Assembly (NCBI GenBank): GCA_965207735.1
Contig: OZ242296.1
Location: 4,864,001 to 4,928,000 of the forward strand
DNA from: Candidatus Versatilivorator sp.
GTDB taxonomy: Bacteria; Acidobacteriota; Terriglobia; Versatilivoradales; Versatilivoraceae
DNA length: 64,000 bases
Direction: 5' to 3'
Positions 61,001 to 64,000 of the stretch are shown one piece after another. Below the pieces are notes generated by a model, which was given only the letters and a program-made list of their open reading frames with translations, ran no database searches and was not told where the DNA came from. The position numbers and the translations under genes are program-made. Within the stretch, counting starts at the first letter, position 1, and each line of letters starts with the position of its first letter.

Positions 61001-64000
61001 CGGGGTGACGGTGGGAGGCCTGATCAACGGCCGGGAGTATGTCTTCGAGGTGCGGGCGGTCAATGCTTTGGGGAAAGGGGGAGTGGAGACGGCGATGGTG
61101 ACACCTGAGCAAGGGGTAACGCGGCCCGGCACCGGCACCGGCGGCGGCGGCGGAGGAGGCGGCCTGCTGTTTGCGCCGGAGGCGCCGGCAGCCCTGACGG
61201 CGACACCCGGGGACGGGGCGGTGCGGTTGGCGTGGAGCCCGCCGGAAAGCGACGGGGGCGCCGAGATCCTGCGCTATGAGTACCGCCTCAAAGAAGGCCT
61301 GGGCGAGTTCGGCGAGTGGACACCCATCCCGGACAGCGCCCCCGGGGAGGTCAACGCCTCCGGCTACACCCTCATGGGGCTTCTCAACGGGACGGTCTAT
61401 GCCTTGGAGCTGCGTGGGGTCAACCAGATCGGCAACGGGCGGGAGACGGAGGCGGTGGAGGCGGTGATGCCTCTGGACCCGGCCTATCGGTCGAACTTCC
61501 GGGCGGAGGACCTGGAGGGTGGAGAGGCCGGATTGGAGTGGACGCCGTTTGGAGGAAGCCGGCGGAGTCTGAAGGTGAGGTTTGGAGGGGGGCTGCGGTT
61601 CGAGGAGAGGGAGCTGGATGCAGCGGGGGAAGTGACGGCGACCCGCATGGGGAGCTACCGGTACCGCTACACCAGCCGGACGACGGGAGAGCTGAGCCTG
61701 GACTACGACGGGGGGGAGACGTGCCAGCTGGGGATGAGCTTCAGCGGAGTGGGAGCAGGCAGCTACAGCTACCGCTGCGGGGGCGCGTTGCAGGGACAGG
61801 GGAGCTTCCGGCTGAGCGAGCTGAACCGGCTGCCGGAGATCACGAGCACAGGTCCGTTGGAGGTGGCGGAGAACCAGAAAAAGGTAGTGCGGCTGGAGGC
61901 GGTGGACTCCGACGAGGGGGACGAGGTTGCCGGCTACGAAGTCACGGGAGGAGCGGACGGGGCGCTGTTTAGGGTAGTTGAGCAGACGGGAGAGCTGAGC
62001 TTCACGGAGGCGCCGGACTATGAGAGGCCTGCCGATGCGGTGAGCGCGGAGCCCGAAAGCCCTGCAGCAGACAACGAATACGTGGTGGTGGTGGAGGCGA
62101 GGAGCGGGGAGGGAGAGAGGGAACGGAGGAGGCAGAGGGCCATACGGGTGCGGGTGAGTGACGAGGAGGAGCCACCGGGGGCGCCGCCGGCTCCGGAGGT
62201 GAGAGCGGAGGGCACGGACAGCCTGAAGGTGAGCTGGTCCGAGCCTGAGAACTGTGGGCCTGAGATCACCGGCTATGAGGTGCGCTACCGGGAGGAGGGA
62301 GAGGAAGGCTACCGGGATGGGGGACACGAGGGGACGGGACTGACGTTGACGCTGACGGGCCTGGAGGAGGAGAGGCTCTACCGGGTGGAGGTGAGGGCCA
62401 TGAACGAAGAGGGGAGGGGTGAGTGGTCGCAGCCGGGGGAAGGCAGGACGGGGATGGAGGAGCCCGACGCAGAGGATCCGGCGGACTTCAGCGAGGAGGA
62501 CCTGGAGGGGAGGCGGGCGACCTTGAGGATCACGGGCGAAGAGGGGACCGCCAGACGCATTGAACTGCGGTTTGCAGAAGGCAACCGATTCGAGCAGATC
62601 GAGAGGGTGGAAGCGCAGGCGGCGATTCGGTCGGAGAGCGCCGAATCCCGATCGGAGAGCACCACCTCGCGATCGGGCAGCTACGCCTATGAGAGGACAG
62701 GTCCGGGCAGGGGGACGGTGAGGCTCGACTACGATGACGGGGCCTCCTGCGAGCTTCGTTTGAGCTTCACCGAGTCGGGAGTGGGCGGGTACCTCTACGA
62801 CTGCGGGGAAGGGGAGGTGGCCGAGGGGAGCTTCCGGCTGACGACGGGGTCGCTGTTCGTTCCGGTGATCCTGTCCTCGGCGGGGCGGAACAACTCGTTT
62901 TTCACCTCGGAGCTGACGCTGACCAACCGGGGGATGGAAGAGGCCACGCTCCACTACATCTACACGGCGGATGCAGGCGGGGGAAGCGGCACGGCCACCG
63001 ACCGGCTCGACGCAGGTCGGCAGAAGATCGAGACCGACGCCCTGGACTATCTGAGGGGTCTGGGGGTACCGATTCCCGCAACCGGGAACCGGATCGGGAC
63101 ATTGAGGGTGGAGGTCAAGCTGGGCTCCGAGGTGGAGGCGGTGGTGCGGACCACCACGCTGGTGCCAGAGGGGAGGGCGGGGCTGGCCTACCCGGGGGTG
63201 GCCGAGGGAGAGGGCTTTGAGGAGCCGGTCTACCTGTGCGGGCTCAGGCAGAACAGCCAGGACCGCTCCAACGTGGCCTTCCAGAACATGGGGACTTCAG
63301 AAGAGGGTGCCATCACTCTGAGGACCACGGTCTACTCGGGAGAAGCGGCGGATACGACGGCCCGGGAGCTGGACGATGTAACGCTGGAGCCGGGAGGGTT
63401 TCACCAGTACTCGGGGCTGCTGGGCAGTGTGGAGAACGGCTACGTGAAGGTGGAACGTGTGGAGGGAGAGGCGCCCTTCTACGCCTATGGGGTGATCAAT
63501 GACCAGGAGAACTCGGACGGGTCGTTCGTCTTTCCGGTGACGGCAGGTTCGCTGGAGGGGAAGGTGGCGCAGACCTTGCCGGTGATCGTGGAGACGAGCG
63601 AGTTCACCAGCGAGTTGACGGTGACGAACTTCTCCGAGGAGCCCAGGAGGCTGGATTTCGAGTTTGTGGGCGAGCAAGTCAAAGCCGACGACAGGACGGC
63701 TGCTTTCAGCATGGTGCTGGAAGGGGGCGAGCAGGCGATCGTGCCCGAGGTGGTGGAGGAGTTGCGGCGCCAGGGAGTGGCGGGGTTGGGGGCGACGCGG
63801 GGGTTCTACGCGGGGCCGTTGTTCGTCACGGCCGAAGAGGGAGACCTGAGCGGGGTGGTGATCGGAGCCAGGACGGGTTCGAAGGGAGGGGGGGGATCCT
63901 ACAGCGTCTTCTACAACGCGGTGCCGCAGGGTGAGGGTTTCACCGAGGAGGCCTGGGTGGAGGGATTGCAGCAGAACCAGGAGAACCGCAGCAACCTGGC
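55008..64000 (+). CDS. Giant secreted multidomain adhesin (Spondin_N, cadherin-like, arylsulfotransferase-like, Ig/SwmB-like, FN3, shared C-terminal module); 3' end outside the window
   Basis: Hand translation: signal peptide, HFTTLIGAVH, SMVAPSPDWFVGV, WDAGTEEG; DYEAPDD cadherin; HDFQILEDGNY, HING, GQHTAR..LFDNG; FN3 repeats; LFVPVIL at 62853 in the same frame. Absence from the ORF track is consistent with no stop before 64000. Confidence 0.9.
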   Translation, partial: MRRKHHRCHSGCFTRLASLARSLTAHSAAGLLLTLATLPVITSAQGNPQSVTYRVTFEAKFTASALASGVSVPSGAHFTTLIGAVHNGSATFWSDGGTASAGIESMAEVGGTSALKSEINAAGSNALAVIEQSIASGGTATATVDITLTTDHPLVTLTSMVAPSPDWFVGVSGLSLRNTADDGWQPTLTVNLFPWDAGTEEGTEFSLSNSATSPQGTITSIKGMGKFSDEPIATLTFDLLSAPEITTTSPILVSENETAVATLTADDSDTTAGELIWSKTGGADSDKFSLTEAGVLTFSSAKDYEAPDDADTDRTYEVTVQVSDGTDSDMAELLVTLQNVTELTAITGPESVTFPENSWSRAATFTASSEEDRAGIEWILGGTDSDHFSIDNPAGALRFALDEVSPRIFSEPPDFEAPVDGDAANTYELTLFGRAGTSVTDTRTLTVTVTDEDEEGELSLSSTLPALGAELTADLSDPDGVTDSTAVWQWERSTGRNSWAVIDGADAASYTPVAADANTFLRVTATYDDEHGTGKTVSEVAPNVVTGPLLTGLTAETGNSQADTARGLYPAFDAQTLHYGIGCNGTDTMVLTVSAPANARVAVDGVQAGSAPMSVDVSEDSDVAIRVTEASGAATAYVVHCLANVFFEIEMHTFPGTDAFEDLILLNRGGYFRLMDRNGVPRFRRAYSTLGPFAIRFYRIGADGAYRYGFYLDSAYTILDENFEVVAGGVSVVAPLTVLGYHDFQILEDGNYLLMTFEPATRDFRDIDLPPPADSTVDLSAVSVRDSAFQIVTPGGEAAFTWNSWGNIAIEDCVSHYFPVTLSTDPDARSPRTSYSHINGMHVVDGVLAASLRGCSKVLAIDVEPGATRGDVLWRMGRTNLSDAEWAARDIGPRPLDFVNDPEGEFCGQHTARFLPSGNVFLFDNGVECVIDPWTFEELGREGNDFSRAVEYALDLDNHEAVFVRDHSLRGERAHVGYATGNVNALDNGDWLVSWGRVLDENDRFPDNEMATLVDPATGQEKLGIRFRELPALASARRISPSVAPAEALAPQPVPLAAEFPVSDHTSLLHTGAGDAPQVVVAFNRPVVDFDETSPSLSVTGATIASVSPHRVAGEAANAYVVTLTPAGAGDITFGLVADQTCAGDGICTADGAEVSEVPASQVIRADTTPPEVSRNEVSSNPGTDRTYAAGDRIRVTVTFSETVEVTGMPQLRLEVGGGTRTATYEGGSGTAALVFGHTVAGGESGTDGVGVEADSLSLNGGMIRDVAGNDAVLDHEAVAANASHKVDGVKPRLASTGGAVVDGTMLTLTYDEPLDRSSTPDAGDFTVSGGDQTRTVTRVSVSGSAVALTLSVGAEHEEVGIQVSYTPGTNKIRDVPGNEAEALSRQAVTNETPDTTAPEVSSLSISSNPEADETYAAGDEIEVTVTFNETVKVTGTPQLTLRVGNRNRPAGYDRGTDTEALVFAYEVADGDEDTDGVSVQANRLRLNGGTIKDEAENAAELAHEAAAADTGHQVDGVRPAFVSAAVDGASLTLTYREALDGGSRPASGDFAVTVDGSARTVSGVSIGGSVVTLTLDTAVEHGDTGIWVSYTAGTNPIQDEVGNDAAGLSNRSVTNTTGAPNTDPEITSSSAISVPENQVLVRRLAGRDTDLGDEVTEWAITGGADQGQFEITSDMGELSFRDPPDFEAPGDNEYEVTVEATSGAGGRELTVEKTFTITVTDEREPPGVPDAPTFSGETANSLTVSWSEPDNTGPPITDYDVQYREKDRGGFRDGGHEGPGLSLTLSDLEPGTDYEVQIKARNDEGASDWSASGEGMTVTPLTVVMTSGTEPPVSGSFMVRISFSEPVSGFSGSDIESDQDPECTDDLNNAVFCDPGIGALQTADDRVYTTTVTPETSGVAHSYALTLTLPADAVRSSVDSKPNEEPEEPLAVRVSPPGAPEAISTLSPEANGANGSVRLSWNRPSDNGGSPIIRYEYRHAATGEAWSEWGSVGAGSSGVTVGGLINGREYVFEVRAVNALGKGGVETAMVTPEQGVTRPGTGTGGGGGGGGLLFAPEAPAALTATPGDGAVRLAWSPPESDGGAEILRYEYRLKEGLGEFGEWTPIPDSAPGEVNASGYTLMGLLNGTVYALELRGVNQIGNGRETEAVEAVMPLDPAYRSNFRAEDLEGGEAGLEWTPFGGSRRSLKVRFGGGLRFEERELDAAGEVTATRMGSYRYRYTSRTTGELSLDYDGGETCQLGMSFSGVGAGSYSYRCGGALQGQGSFRLSELNRLPEITSTGPLEVAENQKKVVRLEAVDSDEGDEVAGYEVTGGADGALFRVVEQTGELSFTEAPDYERPADAVSAEPESPAADNEYVVVVEARSGEGERERRRQRAIRVRVSDEEEPPGAPPAPEVRAEGTDSLKVSWSEPENCGPEITGYEVRYREEGEEGYRDGGHEGTGLTLTLTGLEEERLYRVEVRAMNEEGRGEWSQPGEGRTGMEEPDAEDPADFSEEDLEGRRATLRITGEEGTARRIELRFAEGNRFEQIERVEAQAAIRSESAESRSESTTSRSGSYAYERTGPGRGTVRLDYDDGASCELRLSFTESGVGGYLYDCGEGEVAEGSFRLTTGSLFVPVILSSAGRNNSFFTSELTLTNRGMEEATLHYIYTADAGGGSGTATDRLDAGRQKIETDALDYLRGLGVPIPATGNRIGTLRVEVKLGSEVEAVVRTTTLVPEGRAGLAYPGVAEGEGFEEPVYLCGLRQNSQDRSNVAFQNMGTSEEGAITLRTTVYSGEAADTTARELDDVTLEPGGFHQYSGLLGSVENGYVKVERVEGEAPFYAYGVINDQENSDGSFVFPVTAGSLEGKVAQTLPVIVETSEFTSELTVTNFSEEPRRLDFEFVGEQVKADDRTAAFSMVLEGGEQAIVPEVVEELRRQGVAGLGATRGFYAGPLFVTAEEGDLSGVVIGARTGSKGGGGSYSVFYNAVPQGEGFTEEAWVEGLQQNQENRSNL

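Noticed and set aside
55163-62954. Long minus-strand ORFs (55872..56741, 59028..60713, 60840..62954)
   Set aside because: Antisense shadows of the giant plus-strand ORF in GC-rich DNA.

Overview
GC-rich bacterial window. The gene content suggests Acidobacteriota, and the eukaryote-like LRR/Spondin/cadherin/FN3 surface proteins suggest a sponge-type symbiont; both are inference. Core genes: atl, modABC, lpxL-lpxB, a degenerate M1 peptidase-TPR, GAF-GAF-ANTAR, FprA-like reductase, tRNA-Sec, di-haem peroxidase, ino1 and a paoABC-like molybdo-flavoenzyme operon. Accessory content: three type II TA pairs, an IS1634 splitting an LRR gene, a truncated IS5/IS1182 transposase, three MITE/REP-like repeat families, and a >=2997-codon adhesin ORF that runs off the window and is missing from the ORF track. 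Three findings stand out. (1) An ORF-less group IIB intron (26450-27318, minus) whose EBS1/EBS2 match the terminal inverted repeat of a multicopy MITE family, and which sits inside one such end. (2) A 9-gene lipid operon (32144-43774) that combines split ElbD-like functions with a pyruvyl transferase, hydratase and lipid kinase, a candidate new glycerol-ether pathway. (3) A ~480-aa C-terminal module shared by unrelated secreted passenger proteins.
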